The notes under the pieces: generated by a model
The model's database searches: none
The model's input: the letters and a program-made list of their open reading frames with translations, nothing else
What the model was told of the DNA's origin: nothing
Shown here: in pieces, positions 34,985-45,639 of the stretch
Position numbering within the stretch: position 1 is the first letter of the stretch
Layout: every line of letters begins with the position of its first letter
Translations under genes and position numbers: made by a program
Source of the DNA: Bdellovibrionota bacterium
Lineage (GTDB): Bacteria > Bdellovibrionota > UBA1018 > UBA923
Length of the DNA: 54,330 bases
Direction: 5' to 3'
Assembly: GCA_040754655.1 (NCBI GenBank)
Contig: JBFMCE010000009.1
Coordinates: 1-54,330, forward strand

Positions 34985-35365
34985 CTACCCACCATAAGGA
35001 CGCGTGATGATTTCAAGAAAGTGTCCTGAGGGATCTTCAAAATAACATCCGCGCCCGCCATCGTGAGTATTGATCTTGCCTGGAATTTTTTTTGCCGGAT
35101 CAGCCCAATAATCGATTTGGCGCTCTTTGATGCGGCTAAAAATTTGATCAAACTCACCCTCGCTGACCAGAAAAGCATAGTGTTGCGGCTCAATTGTGTC
35201 CGACGAATCAATGAAGTCAAGGCTCACGCCATTGCCGGTGCGGAGAACCAAAAAATAGCCTAGAAACGGCTCAGCTGGCGGCAAACCTAAGATCTCTGAA
35301 AAGAATTTCGCCGACTCTTCCTTGTTCTTCACGTTTACGATCGTGTGGTTCAATTTTACGGTCAT
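34985..35365 (-). CDS. VOC (glyoxalase/bleomycin resistance) family protein
   Basis: LNHTIV, QHYAFLVSE.EFD, GGRGCYFEDPSGH.LEIIT. Confidence 0.92.
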   Translation of the reverse strand: MTVKLNHTIVNVKNKEESAKFFSEILGLPPAEPFLGYFLVLRTGNGVSLDFIDSSDTIEPQHYAFLVSEGEFDQIFSRIKERQIDYWADPAKKIPGKINTHDGGRGCYFEDPSGHFLEIITRPYGG

Positions 35366-35369
35366 GCGA

Positions 35370-36323
35370 TCAGTTCTTTGGCAAAAGATCTTCTAGTTTG
35401 TCAAACGATCCCGTCCAGCCTTGAGTCATTCCGCTCTTAGCCTTATGAAAAAAGTCTTTCTCTTCGGCGGTCGCTGCGCCGTAAACCTCCCAAGTTACCG
35501 TGACACGAGTTTTTGTCGGGTCTTCGGCTTCAAAGACCACCGTCGTGTGCATCGTTTCAGGCCAGGTCGAAGCCAGAGGATGGCGAGAGACCTTTTCGTG
35601 TTCATCACAAAACTGCTGGGTATAGACGAGTCGGTGCGGGGGAGTGATTTCTAAGTAACGGGCGCGGCCGTACATCGTCACATCTTTGCCATTGGTCATC
35701 GAATAAAAGGTCTCGCCGCCGGTTTTAATATCTGCCCTAATGAAGCCCATAGTGAAGCCTGTTGGCGAGAGCCACTGAGAGAGGTGTTTTGGATCGGTCC
35801 ACATTTTGTACACGGTTTCGAGCGGAGCATCGAAGCTACGGTTGATGACGAAGGGGTCGTTGCCGCTGGATTCTTGGGCCAGGTATTCGGCCAAGCGATC
35901 CCAAGTGGAATCTCCTCCCGCTTTTTTGATGAATTTCTTGGCTTCGGTTGCGGCTTCTGCGCTAGGCAGGGTCATCGTCATTTCCATCTTGGTTTTGCCT
36001 TTGATCTCGTTGAAGGTCACGGTCACCCGAAACAAAGGGGGGCGATCGTCGTTGCCACCGTGGTCGTAGACGAGCCTAGAGTATTTTTCGACTTCGAAAT
36101 AAACCGTCTTATTGGGATAGTCGGTGCCGTCAGGGCCATGCATGGTGTAGGCCCAGTGTCCGCCTGGGCGCAAGTCTTTGCTGTGAGTGGTGAGAGTGAA
36201 GCCGCGCGGGCCCCACCACTGGGCCACCTGCTTGGGATCAGTCCAAGCCTCCCAAACCATTTTCACTGGGGCATCATAGATGCGAGTAATATAAAGTTCG
36301 TTAGGTTTATTTTTTGCGGACAT
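35370..36323 (-). CDS. tandem SRPBCC (AHSA1-like) domain protein
   Basis: Two R.(Y/F)DAP...V...WTDP....QW..P.GFT repeats; ends GWTGSFDKL. Confidence 0.92.
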   Translation of the reverse strand: MSAKNKPNELYITRIYDAPVKMVWEAWTDPKQVAQWWGPRGFTLTTHSKDLRPGGHWAYTMHGPDGTDYPNKTVYFEVEKYSRLVYDHGGNDDRPPLFRVTVTFNEIKGKTKMEMTMTLPSAEAATEAKKFIKKAGGDSTWDRLAEYLAQESSGNDPFVINRSFDAPLETVYKMWTDPKHLSQWLSPTGFTMGFIRADIKTGGETFYSMTNGKDVTMYGRARYLEITPPHRLVYTQQFCDEHEKVSRHPLASTWPETMHTTVVFEAEDPTKTRVTVTWEVYGAATAEEKDFFHKAKSGMTQGWTGSFDKLEDLLPKN

Positions 36324-36672
36324 GTTTTTTCCCTTTCGCACTTCTTTTAGTTTGAATCGATTTCAAATACGCATCTAAGCGATCAAAACTTTCTTCCCAA
36401 AACACTCGATACTGCTCCATCCAGTTGGCGATGTCTTTGAGCGGCATCCCGTTTAATTTGCAAGGGCGCCACTGCGCCTCTTTGGTCTTAGTAATCAGGC
36501 CTGCTTTTTCTAAAACCTTCAAATGTTTCGTCACTGCAGGCAGGCTCATTTCTTTTAGAAACGGCCGGGCAAGGTCAGTGACGCTCGCCTCTCCTTTTGA
36601 AAGCCTGGCCAGCATGGCTCGTCTCGTGGGATCTGCTAGGGCGGCGAAGGTTTGGCTAAGGTGGTCTTCCAT
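36307..36672 (-). CDS. ArsR/SmtB family transcriptional regulator
   Basis: FAALADPTRRAML, MSLPAVTKHLKVLE.AGLI, QWRPC, FWEESFDRL. Confidence 0.93.
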   Translation of the reverse strand: MEDHLSQTFAALADPTRRAMLARLSKGEASVTDLARPFLKEMSLPAVTKHLKVLEKAGLITKTKEAQWRPCKLNGMPLKDIANWMEQYRVFWEESFDRLDAYLKSIQTKRSAKGKKHVRKK

Positions 36673-36675
36673 GTT

Positions 36676-36734
36676 TTACCTAGTGGTTAATTAACCAATA
36701 AGTTAAATATAAAAGAAAGTGAAGTGTAGGTCAA
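36676..36734 (-). promoter_or_regulatory. sigma70 promoter with ArsR operator
   Basis: Minus strand TTGACC-N17-TATATT (36734-36706); perfect palindrome TGGTTAATTAACCA (36684-36697) formed by two adjacent (A)ACC-N4-(G/A)GTT sites. Confidence 0.7.
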
Positions 36735-36747
36735 CCCCCGGATAGCA

Positions 36748-37290
36748 CTACGGAGCGATATCTCTCGAGAATAAGATCGTTGGTTCACCCGCGTAACTAG
36801 TTCGCTTAAGTTCTTGATAGCCAAGTTTTTTTGCCAAGCGAATCGAGGCGGCATTCTCGGGGTTGATGATGCAAATGGTCTTGGTTTGTTTAAAATAAGC
36901 GTCGCCCCAAGCTACTATGGCTTGCAGAGCTTCTACGGCGTAGCCCTTACCGTGGGATTGAGAGACCAAAGCCCAGCCTATTTCTGGAAGACCTTCGACA
37001 GAAGGATCCAAGTTTCGTTTAAAATCGGCGAAACCCACTTCGCCAATGAAGCGCCCACTTAGTTTCTCCTCGACCGCCCAATACCCAAAACCCATTAAAG
37101 CCCAGTGCCCAATATAGTTCAAAAGTCTGAGCCAAGTTTGTTGAGCTGTCGAGGGTTTGCCGCCGATGTAGCGAGTGACAACCGGGTCAGACCACATCAC
37201 GGTGCAAGCTTCATAGTCTTTTTTTTCATGAGACCGAAGCACCAGGCGTTCTGTTTCTAAAGAGGGAGCACGTCGCAAAGTTTTAGACAT
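36748..37290 (-). CDS. GNAT N-acetyltransferase, RimJ/RimL-like
   Basis: LETERLVLR, GHWALMGFGYWAVEEK, PEIGWAL....HGKGYA.EA, N.ASIRLA.KLG. Confidence 0.9.
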   Translation of the reverse strand: MSKTLRRAPSLETERLVLRSHEKKDYEACTVMWSDPVVTRYIGGKPSTAQQTWLRLLNYIGHWALMGFGYWAVEEKLSGRFIGEVGFADFKRNLDPSVEGLPEIGWALVSQSHGKGYAVEALQAIVAWGDAYFKQTKTICIINPENAASIRLAKKLGYQELKRTSYAGEPTILFSRDIAP

Positions 37291-37392
37291 TTGCACCACC
37301 TTAGCGAAAGGGTTCAGAATAGAAAAGAGACAAGACTATTCTTGGTTGAAGAAGACTTGACAGGTTGGTTGGGCTGCAAGGAATATGTGGCC

Positions 37393-38640
37393 ATGTTCAG
37401 AGTTTTATTCCTTTTTTTCGTGGTTACTTCGACCGAAGCGGCTACTACCCTTAAAGAATCGTTTCAAGCAGCGCTCAATCAGAGTGAATCGCTTGAAAGC
37501 CAGGAAAAGCTTGTTCTGGCTACAGAGGAGCGCTCTGCGCAGGTGCGAGGGAGTATTCTGCCAAACCTCACGGGTAACGCAAGCTACATGATTCAAGATC
37601 GACCGACAGATCCGCTGGCGGAGTCTTTTTTCCCGCGCAACCAGCCCGAAGCAAAACTCACGCTGAGGCAACCCATTTTTCGTGGGTTCAGGGAATTTGG
37701 CACCCTCAGACAGTTCGGGCGCCTGAACCAAGCCGAAAAGCACGCCTACGAGAATGCGAAACTATCGCTCTATAGCGATGTGGCTCAGAGCTACCATGCG
37801 GTGTTGGCAGCTGAAGAGAATTTGCGCAATATCAACGAGCAACTTGGGCTCTACGACGAGCGCATTGGTGATCTCAAACGTCGTGTAGGCGAGGGAACTT
37901 CGAGTGAGGCCGATCTGCTCGCATTGCAATCCTCGCGTGCGACTGTGCAGTCGCAGCTCAAGACGGCGCAAGCAGGTCTAGTAGCGGCACGTGAGGCGTT
38001 TGTTTTCTTGACGGGGTTGCCATCTGACACCCCACTTGCTCCACCAGAGCAGAGCCAGCCTAAACCACAGCCTGTAGAGGAGTATCTCAAGAGTATTGAG
38101 GGTCGCCCTGATGTGTTGGATTCTTCTGCGCGTCTCGACGCCGCAGACGAGCAAGTCGGTATTTCCAAGGGAGGGCATGCTCCGTCGGTCGATCTGGTGG
38201 GCAACTATTACTTCAAACGTCAATCCGATGTGTATAAGGGGATTGATTGGGATGTGCAGGCTGTATTTTCGCTCCCCATTTTCGCCGGAGGTGCGATCAG
38301 GGCTCAAGTAACGGAATCCGTACTGCAGCGAGAGCGCGCAGAGCTTGATCTTGGTCAACGGCGGCGTCAGGCCCAGCAACAAATCCGCACCCTTCACAGC
38401 GAATACGTCGCAGGGCTTGAATCGATTTCAGCGCTTGAACAGGGTTTGAGGCTAGCTGAAAAAAACTATCAGCTGCTCAAGCGCGACTTTCGTCGAGGCC
38501 TTACGCGTAACCTCGATGTGTTGCAATCTTTGATTTCGGCGCACGATCTAAGGCGCGAGCTGCTACGCGCGCGTTTTGTGGCGCGAGACAGGTGGGTACA
38601 ACTGAATGTCGCCGCTGGAAGGGATCCGCTCCATGAGTAG
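37393..38640 (+). CDS. TolC family outer-membrane efflux protein
   Basis: Signal peptide, LTLRQPIFRG, VAQSY..VL, SLPIFAGG, two OEP repeats. Confidence 0.9.
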   Translation: MFRVLFLFFVVTSTEAATTLKESFQAALNQSESLESQEKLVLATEERSAQVRGSILPNLTGNASYMIQDRPTDPLAESFFPRNQPEAKLTLRQPIFRGFREFGTLRQFGRLNQAEKHAYENAKLSLYSDVAQSYHAVLAAEENLRNINEQLGLYDERIGDLKRRVGEGTSSEADLLALQSSRATVQSQLKTAQAGLVAAREAFVFLTGLPSDTPLAPPEQSQPKPQPVEEYLKSIEGRPDVLDSSARLDAADEQVGISKGGHAPSVDLVGNYYFKRQSDVYKGIDWDVQAVFSLPIFAGGAIRAQVTESVLQRERAELDLGQRRRQAQQQIRTLHSEYVAGLESISALEQGLRLAEKNYQLLKRDFRRGLTRNLDVLQSLISAHDLRRELLRARFVARDRWVQLNVAAGRDPLHE

Positions 38641-41600
38641 CCTCTCAGATATTGCGATCAGGCGCCCTGTGTTTGCCTGGATGCTCATGTCATCGCTCAT
38701 CATCTTTGGTTTTATCTGCTTTGGGCGCATGGGAATCAGCCAGTTGCCCAATGCAGACTTGCCAGTGATCACCATTACAGCAAAGTATGCGGGCGCTGCA
38801 CCACAAGTCATGGAGGCCGACGTCGTTGATCCCATCGAAAATGCGATGATGAGCTTGGAAGGGGTGAAAAACGTCACCTCGATGATGCGCATCGGATTTG
38901 CGATGGTGACGATTGAATTCAATCTCAAGCGCAATATCGATCTGGCGCTGCAAGACGTGCAGGCGAAAATCGCTCAGGTCCAGATGGAATTACCGCGCGC
39001 GATGGATCCGGTGACGATCCAAAAGATCAACCCAGACGACTTTCCCATCATGTGGCTGTCGTTTGCCAACGACAAGATGTCGGTGCAAGACCTGATGATC
39101 TATGTGCGTGACCATGTGAAAGACAAGATCACCACCGTCCCGGGCGTGGGCAATATCTGGACCCCGGGTTACCTCAACCCGAACCTGCGTGTTTGGGTGA
39201 AAGAAGAACAGCTCGACCGTTACGCACTGACGGTGAACGATGTGGTCTCAACGATCCAATCTGAAAGCCTAGAGCCCCCTGGCGGCCGAATCGACTACAA
39301 GGGCAGAGAGTACAGCCTTCGAACTTTGGGAGAAGCGCGTACGGCTGAGAGCGTGGCCTCGATCCATGTAAAAAACCGTGGGGGGATGCCGAATTACAAC
39401 CCAGTGCCAATCGGTCAGGTGGCAACGGTCGTTGAGGGAACCGAAGACGTGGTGCAGTTTGCGCGCGCCAACGGAAAACAAGCGATTGGCCTGGGCGTGA
39501 TGAAGCAACGTGGCTCGAATGCCGTTGATGTGGCTAATGGGGTGAAGGCCAAGATGGAGAGGCTACGCGCCAGTCTTCCTGAAGGAACGCAATTCGAGGT
39601 GAATTTCGACGCCACCGAGTTCATCAAGGAATCGGTGGGTGAACTGACGCTCACACTCGTCTTAGCCGCGCTATTGACCTCGCTTGTTTGCTGGCTGTTC
39701 TTAGGATCGTGGTCAGCCACACTCAATGTGATTTTGGCCATTCCCACGTCAATTCTTGGGACATTCATCGTGCTCTATTCTCTCGACTTCACGCTGAACC
39801 TGTTCACATTGCTGGGACTTTCGCTTGCGATCGGCATCGTGGTTGACGACGCCATCATGGTTCTCGAGAACATCGTGCGACACCGCGAGAAGGGCGCGAG
39901 TCGGATGGATGCGGCCAGTGCTGGCACACGCGAGATCATGTTCGCGGCCATTGCCGCCACAGTGGCGCTAGTGGCGATCTTTTTTCCCATTGCGCTCATG
40001 GAAGGCATCATCGGCAAGTTTCTTTTTCAATTTGGCGTCACGATGAGCGCGGCGGTGCTGCTGTCGCTCGTTGAGGCGCTCACGCTCACGCCAATGCGCG
40101 CCTCGAAATTCATTGAAATATCTCACCGCACAACCCGTATTGGAAAAGGCTTCGAGAGCACTTACTCTTGGCTTCAGAAACGCTACACTGGGGCGCTTGG
40201 GGTCGTGCTTAATCATAGGTGGAAGATCATCGCCGGTTCACTCGTGTTTTTTGTCGTGAGTTTTGCAAGCGTTGGAGGGCTGAACAAAGAGTTCCAACCG
40301 GCGCAAGACCAGAGCATGGCTTTCGCGATGTTGACCACGCCAGCGGGTTCTTCGATCAGTTTTACCAATGAGCGTTTGGCGGTGGTCGAAAAATTTGTTT
40401 TGGGTCGTCCTGAAGTGGCCAAGACTTTTTCTGCCGTCGGTGGGTTCACTGGTGGCGAGACCAACAGCGCCTGGGTTTTCATCACCATGAAGCCAAAAAA
40501 TGAGCGAAAACTGAGTCAACAGGCGTTTCTGCAGGTTTTGCGAGAAGAGATGGCCAAGCTTGTGCCCGACTCTCAGCCCGTGGTGCAAGACATGTCGCAA
40601 CAGGGGTTTTCAGCAGGCACAGGTTTTCCGATCGAATTCGCGATTCTCGGGCCAGATTGGGCAAAACTTTCTGCGCTTTCAGAAGAGGTTGTCGGAAAAT
40701 TGAAACAGAGCCCCCTGCTTACTGACGTCAAGTCCGATTACCAGTCTGGTGCGCCTGAGCTTCAAATCATTCCCAATCGCAAGAAGGCCAATGACCACGG
40801 CGTGAGTGTGGATGCGATCGGCATGACAGTATCAGCAGCCATCGCTGGCGTGGTGGCGGGGAGGTATCCCAAGGGCGGTCACCGCTACGATATTCGCGTG
40901 CGTCTTGAAGAGCGCGACGTGAGCCCGCTAGACCGAGTGCGTGGGCTCAAGATCCGCAACAACCGAGGCGAGTTGGTTCCGCTGCCCGCGGTGGTCGATA
41001 TTCTTGAAAAACCAGCCGCCGCGCAGATCACGCGCAAGAACCGCTCTCGCGCGATCACGATCACCGGTAATATGGCTCCGGGCAAAAGTCAGCAAGCGGC
41101 TCTTGACGAAGCTCTTAGAATCACGCGCGCATCATTGCCGCAAGGCTATGACGTGATGCTGAGCGGAGGCGCTGAAGAATTCGCCGAAGCGTTTAAGGGC
41201 TTGGCTTTTCTATTGGTGATGGGCTTGCTTGTGGCTTACATGGTGCTTGCTTCGCAGTTCAATAGTTTTGTCGACCCATTCACTGTGTTCGTGGCATTGC
41301 CTTTCAGTTTCTCAGGCGCTTTTTTAGCGCTGCTGATCGCGGGTCAGTCACTCAATATTTTTAGCATCATCGGCCTTGTTCTTCTCTTAGGTATCGTAAA
41401 GAAGAATTCGATCATGCTCGTTGATTTCACCCACCGAAAGCGCGAAGAAGAAGCACTAGGCGTGCGTGAGGCGTTGTTAGAAGCATGTCCAATACGACTT
41501 CGTCCTATTCTCATGACATCGATGGCTACGATCGCAGGCGCTATTCCGGCGGCGTTGTCGTTTGGCCCAGGCGCTGAGGCCCGCGCTCCGATGTCGGTCG

Positions 41601-41725
41601 GAGTCATTGGCGGGGTTTTTGTTTCCACCATACTGACATTGCTCGTCGTGCCTTGCGTTTACAGTCTGCTTGCGCGCGTTGGGAAACGAGGGCCGACTAG
41701 CGGTGCTGCAAATGCAGCTTCGTGA
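38633..41725 (+). CDS. RND efflux permease (AcrB/AcrD/AcrF family)
   Basis: [51 protein letters not shown]; overlaps the tolC-like stop. Confidence 0.95.
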   Translation: MSSLSDIAIRRPVFAWMLMSSLIIFGFICFGRMGISQLPNADLPVITITAKYAGAAPQVMEADVVDPIENAMMSLEGVKNVTSMMRIGFAMVTIEFNLKRNIDLALQDVQAKIAQVQMELPRAMDPVTIQKINPDDFPIMWLSFANDKMSVQDLMIYVRDHVKDKITTVPGVGNIWTPGYLNPNLRVWVKEEQLDRYALTVNDVVSTIQSESLEPPGGRIDYKGREYSLRTLGEARTAESVASIHVKNRGGMPNYNPVPIGQVATVVEGTEDVVQFARANGKQAIGLGVMKQRGSNAVDVANGVKAKMERLRASLPEGTQFEVNFDATEFIKESVGELTLTLVLAALLTSLVCWLFLGSWSATLNVILAIPTSILGTFIVLYSLDFTLNLFTLLGLSLAIGIVVDDAIMVLENIVRHREKGASRMDAASAGTREIMFAAIAATVALVAIFFPIALMEGIIGKFLFQFGVTMSAAVLLSLVEALTLTPMRASKFIEISHRTTRIGKGFESTYSWLQKRYTGALGVVLNHRWKIIAGSLVFFVVSFASVGGLNKEFQPAQDQSMAFAMLTTPAGSSISFTNERLAVVEKFVLGRPEVAKTFSAVGGFTGGETNSAWVFITMKPKNERKLSQQAFLQVLREEMAKLVPDSQPVVQDMSQQGFSAGTGFPIEFAILGPDWAKLSALSEEVVGKLKQSPLLTDVKSDYQSGAPELQIIPNRKKANDHGVSVDAIGMTVSAAIAGVVAGRYPKGGHRYDIRVRLEERDVSPLDRVRGLKIRNNRGELVPLPAVVDILEKPAAAQITRKNRSRAITITGNMAPGKSQQAALDEALRITRASLPQGYDVMLSGGAEEFAEAFKGLAFLLVMGLLVAYMVLASQFNSFVDPFTVFVALPFSFSGAFLALLIAGQSLNIFSIIGLVLLLGIVKKNSIMLVDFTHRKREEEALGVREALLEACPIRLRPILMTSMATIAGAIPAALSFGPGAEARAPMSVGVIGGVFVSTILTLLVVPCVYSLLARVGKRGPTSGAANAAS

Positions 41726-41746
41726 TGCTCGGACGCGAGTGCTCAC

Positions 41747-41767
41747 CTGAGAGTGAAGTGCTCTCAG
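41747..41767. terminator. hairpin downstream of the RND gene
   Basis: CTGAGAG-N7-CTCTCAG; no U-tract. Confidence 0.35.
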
Positions 41768-41805
41768 TCAAGCAAACACAGCAATAGAGAACTTTAAAAG
41801 TGCTC

Positions 41806-41904
41806 TTAATTTCCATTCACCAACGCATCAGGATCGGTAAAGGCCCGGTATACTCTCTCGGGCGGGGCAGCTAAAACGCGATGCAATTGAGCCGTGTTAG
41901 ACAT
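41806..41904 (-). pseudogene. truncated SRPBCC/AHSA1-family gene (N-terminal 32 codons)
   Basis: AAGGAG RBS + MSNTAQLHRVLAAPPERVYRAFTDPDALVNGN*, matching the LHRV..APPERVYRAF.DPDA..KW start of SRPBCC proteins, then frameshift and loss of homology. Confidence 0.75.
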
Positions 41905-41927
41905 TTGCAGCTCCTTTTAAATGAACT

Positions 41928-42122
41928 CTAATGTGCTCCGTCCGCTTCGCTCATTTTTTTTAAAACTATGGCGATCGTTTCAGAATCCACATTGGCTTCT
42001 TTCATGAGCGAACGGGCTTTGCTGAAATCGTCTGAATCAATGGCTTCAAAAAAGTCATCGACCTTGTTTATCTCAGCCAACTTCTCGAGGACTAATGTGC
42101 CTTCAAAATCGTTCTCTTTCAA
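41928..42122 (-). CDS. small acidic hypothetical protein
   Basis: 64 aa, helical and protein-like (DFEGTLVLEKLAEI.KVDDFFEAIDSDDF); operon-like spacing with the SRPBCC remnant. Confidence 0.6.
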   Translation of the reverse strand: MKENDFEGTLVLEKLAEINKVDDFFEAIDSDDFSKARSLMKEANVDSETIAIVLKKMSEADGAH

Positions 42123-42205
42123 TCGCCATCCGTTATCTGACTTTGGCCGAGTGGTCGTTCGCCGGTATATGTCGTTTTCTACGTGACGTGAAGGCAGTGT
42201 TGAAA

Positions 42206-43378
42206 TTATTTCCCATTTTTGTCATGGCCTAAAACTATGGCACGAAGCATTGGATCAAAACGATAATTCTTTCCATCCGCCCTGGGGCGGAGTTCAGAGT
42301 AGCTTTTTGCAAAAGCTTCAAGCAAGTCTTCTTGTCTGTCGCGAACATCCTCAATGAAAGAGTCCCTTAAGCCAAGCTCCTTGATTTGCTGCTCGGTGAA
42401 TTCATGCATCTGATCGTTAGAATAATGTATTCCATTGATCGTAGCCCCCGTATAGTCGATCACGATGCCTTTTTTCAAGAACTTATCCAAGCTCTGCTTC
42501 ACATATTCAGAATCGATGGCAGAAAGTGCGATCTTGTTTACCGTCTCCGGATCAGTCGGGAGTCCCAGCCTAAAAAGCGAATGGCGAATCTTCTCTTCCG
42601 GCGGTGTACCTCGATTTTCGTTCAACGCCGCCTGAACTGAAGGTCCCAGTTTTTCGGAATTATTCTCAGGGTTGGCGCTCTTTTTTCGTGCGCGTTCAAA
42701 ACAACTGGAAGAAATATAAGCGGGTCCTAGAGTGCCAACTCGCACTCGAAATCGTCCATTTTCCTCTATTTCGAAAAGAGTCGGTCCGAAATCCCATAAA
42801 GCAGGCATTTGCTTGTCTTCCAGCGCACAAGACTGAGCGGTGACGCGACCATTGATCGCTTCGGCGGAAAGGCGGTCAGGCATTAAAATCGAGGCAAGAG
42901 TCGCCTTGTGTAAACTAGTTAAGGCATTTTTTAGCAATATAACCTGTCGTTTTAGCGACAAATCACCTCGGATCTGAAGATGGTAGCCTTCGCAATCTTC
43001 CACAAGCCTGGCTCCTGATTTTGGAAGGTTGGCAGACTCGATTTCGTTTTTTGGAATAAAAGTGATGTCTCTCAACATATCCCCGATCGGACTGGAGAAT
43101 TTCAGTTGGAAAAGTTTTTGCGTTTTTTCCTTAACGGAGAGACCGGGGTCTGTCTGGACCATTTCTCGAAGCTTGACATATTTTGCAAAATCTAGTGGCA
43201 GAAATTCTGCTGGATCAATCTGACCTAAGGCTTGCGCAAGGTCGGTGTGGTCGAAGTCCTTCGCTCCAAATACACGGCAAGTTGTTCCCAAGTGCTCACA
43301 CCACTGAGGACCAGCATGCGATGTCAGAGGTACGAGCATCAATAACGAGGGAAGTAGAGAAAGCACCGGTAGCCACAT
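42206..43378 (-). CDS. hypothetical secreted protein
   Basis: 390-aa ORF with signal peptide (..LTSHA) and several Cys; no family recognised. Confidence 0.65.
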   Translation of the reverse strand: MWLPVLSLLPSLLMLVPLTSHAGPQWCEHLGTTCRVFGAKDFDHTDLAQALGQIDPAEFLPLDFAKYVKLREMVQTDPGLSVKEKTQKLFQLKFSSPIGDMLRDITFIPKNEIESANLPKSGARLVEDCEGYHLQIRGDLSLKRQVILLKNALTSLHKATLASILMPDRLSAEAINGRVTAQSCALEDKQMPALWDFGPTLFEIEENGRFRVRVGTLGPAYISSSCFERARKKSANPENNSEKLGPSVQAALNENRGTPPEEKIRHSLFRLGLPTDPETVNKIALSAIDSEYVKQSLDKFLKKGIVIDYTGATINGIHYSNDQMHEFTEQQIKELGLRDSFIEDVRDRQEDLLEAFAKSYSELRPRADGKNYRFDPMLRAIVLGHDKNGK

Positions 43379-43499
43379 CGAATCTTAGTATACCATATAT
43401 TGTACAGTCACCAAGCTGAGCCAAAGAAACGGACGATAGAAAGCATCGTTGCTAACGTAAACTCATGTCGAACCGTTTGGCAAAATACTTTCTGAACCA

Positions 43500-43958
43500 T
43501 CACTCCATGATGATCTGATCAAGCATCGCGATGGATGCATCTATTTCCTTTAGTTCCTGAGTGATCCATAACAAGATCTGACGGGTATAAGCGACTTTTA
43601 TGTAAAGAGTATCTCTTCGTCGTAAGAGAGAGTCGTACTCATAATCATTCGGGACCGGTTCGATGTCTCTACGTAATTGGCCATTCTTGATCTCTAAAAC
43701 TATAGCATCAAAGTTTTTGACCAATGAATTGTAAACGTCTTGTACCTTGGTTCTTGCAGTAGCTTTGCTCTCGCGTATTTGGCTGAGATTCTCTTTTAAG
43801 ACCCTCGCTTTGTCTCTCATCCCATCGTTCTTAGCCTGCGAGACAGCTAGCATTTGACTGCAGTGTGCAAGATCGTTGCACAAGGGCTCAGCCCGAGCGA
43901 CGCTAACCGCGGTACAAAACGTCATTACAGCCATGGCCGTTAATTTTTTATAATTCAT
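43500..43958 (-). CDS. hypothetical secreted coiled-coil protein
   Basis: Signal peptide (..VARA), CxxxxxC, long heptad helices. Confidence 0.6.
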   Translation of the reverse strand: MNYKKLTAMAVMTFCTAVSVARAEPLCNDLAHCSQMLAVSQAKNDGMRDKARVLKENLSQIRESKATARTKVQDVYNSLVKNFDAIVLEIKNGQLRRDIEPVPNDYEYDSLLRRRDTLYIKVAYTRQILLWITQELKEIDASIAMLDQIIME

Positions 43959-44028
43959 ATTACAACATCCGAAGCCTCACTTCCTAAGGTGTTTTGCACC
44001 AAAACACAATCCCAAGTGTCTTTGACAG

Positions 44029-45534
44029 GTGTTGAATTGTCTGGGAGATTTGGATCTGGTTCAAAGAAGGGTGATGGAGGAGATGATGAGGAATGGCACC
44101 CAAGAGTCTACTCACTTGAAAGTACATATAGCAGGTCCGGCGGTTAGCCTGTTTGGCCCGAACGCATCAGGATTTCAGCGCGAGTCTGTCACAGGGGCTG
44201 TCTTGGGCCGACTCTATTATCGTTCTAAAAGAGGTAAGTTCTTACCTGGGATCCTCGACGGTTTTGCAGCGGATGCAAACTTCAAGGCATGGAGCCTTAA
44301 GATTAGAAAAAGCCTTCGCTTTCAAAATGGCCGCGGCTTAGTTGCACGAGATCTTGAATTCACTTTAAACAATATCAGAAACACTAGGGTTCCAACGCCA
44401 GAGTCTTCGCTTCTGAAAGACATAAAAAAGATTGTCGTCAAATCAGATAGCGAAATTGTAGTTCACCTCGGCCAGCCCAATCCTTACTTCTTAGAGACCT
44501 TAGACGATCCATCCTTTGGTGCTGTTCCAAAAGAAGAGTTGAATACTCCTGGGTCAGACTTGATAGGAGCATCTCCGATGAGTGGTTCTCATTTGAGTTG
44601 GAAGAAGTATCCGGTGGGTGCTGGCCCGTATAAGATCACAAAGGCGGAAAGCGATAGAGTATTTTTGGAAAAGCTTGGGGTCGTGCCTACTCAAGCGCCG
44701 AACACTATCGAAATAGCCACTGGACCTTATGAAAGAGCAGACCTCGCACTTGGATTCGACGAAAACCCTGATGAGAAGAACTTAAAGGGAGTTTCTCTCT
44801 GCCGGCCCTGGGGAATTCTTGGCATTTATTTCAACTACGATTCAAAGCTCGCTCGTAATGAAAGATTTCGTCAGGCTGTAAGCATGGCGGTAGATCGAAA
44901 GGAACTTTCGAAGACCGCTAGAGGCTTAAAGGTTACTTCGAGCATATTGCCATCCAACCTCAATAAGAAGGCTAACGCCAATCTAAGATCGGATCAGGCC
45001 CAGGCAAAAGCGTTCTTCAAAGAAGTATTGGCCGAGTCGGATCGAGAGCTTTCAATCCCCATCGACAGAAAACATGCGAGTTCAGGGATTGCGCCTTGGA
45101 TGAAGAAGCTCGAGGACCAGTTTAAAAGGTGCGGTTTGAAGGTGAGGTTTGTCATTTCGGATGACGTGATCCATTTCAAAATGGAAAGCGGTGCTCCTTC
45201 TCCGTTTCGGTTGATCACGTTCATCCCAGGCCTACCCCGGTCTAGTATGATTTTTCAGCTCTTTAGAAATGGATCAAGTTGGGTTCCTCATCTGGATAAA
45301 CTAGATGAAGTCTATGAGCGCCTTATCGATAAGATTGCAGAGACCGGAAAAGAAGATGTGAGGTCTATTTCAAGGCTTTCGGAGTTGTTTTTAAAAAATG
45401 CATATGCGGTTCCTCTCTTTGAAAAGCCGCTAGGGATTTGGATAAACAAAGAGCGAATTCAAACGATTCACGAAGACGAGCAAGACTTGAGTTTTCGTTT
45501 TGAGAAAGTCTTTATGAAAAGAAATCAACGGTGA
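44029..45534 (+). CDS. family-5 (peptide/nickel) solute-binding protein, divergent, orphan
   Basis: IRKSLRFQNGRGLVARDLEFTL, PVGAGPYKI, RFRQAVSMAVDR, AYAVPLF; start uncertain. Confidence 0.75.
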   Translation: MLNCLGDLDLVQRRVMEEMMRNGTQESTHLKVHIAGPAVSLFGPNASGFQRESVTGAVLGRLYYRSKRGKFLPGILDGFAADANFKAWSLKIRKSLRFQNGRGLVARDLEFTLNNIRNTRVPTPESSLLKDIKKIVVKSDSEIVVHLGQPNPYFLETLDDPSFGAVPKEELNTPGSDLIGASPMSGSHLSWKKYPVGAGPYKITKAESDRVFLEKLGVVPTQAPNTIEIATGPYERADLALGFDENPDEKNLKGVSLCRPWGILGIYFNYDSKLARNERFRQAVSMAVDRKELSKTARGLKVTSSILPSNLNKKANANLRSDQAQAKAFFKEVLAESDRELSIPIDRKHASSGIAPWMKKLEDQFKRCGLKVRFVISDDVIHFKMESGAPSPFRLITFIPGLPRSSMIFQLFRNGSSWVPHLDKLDEVYERLIDKIAETGKEDVRSISRLSELFLKNAYAVPLFEKPLGIWINKERIQTIHEDEQDLSFRFEKVFMKRNQR

Positions 45535-45605
45535 GGTATTTGGCTCTCGTTAGTGGGTTGTGGGGGCATGGGAGATCTGGTAAATTACCGCGACCAACTC
45601 TTGTT

Positions 45606-45632
45606 TAATCTAAGCTGAGACCGATCCGATGA
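45606..45632 (+). promoter_or_regulatory. sigma28-type promoter
   Basis: TAAT-N15-TCCGATGA, 7 nt before GTG 45640. Confidence 0.45.
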
Positions 45633-45639
45633 GCTATAG

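Noticed and set aside
37291..37392. TTG-started extension of the TolC ORF
   Set aside because: The signal peptide begins at ATG 37393, and the extension contains a TTGACA promoter element
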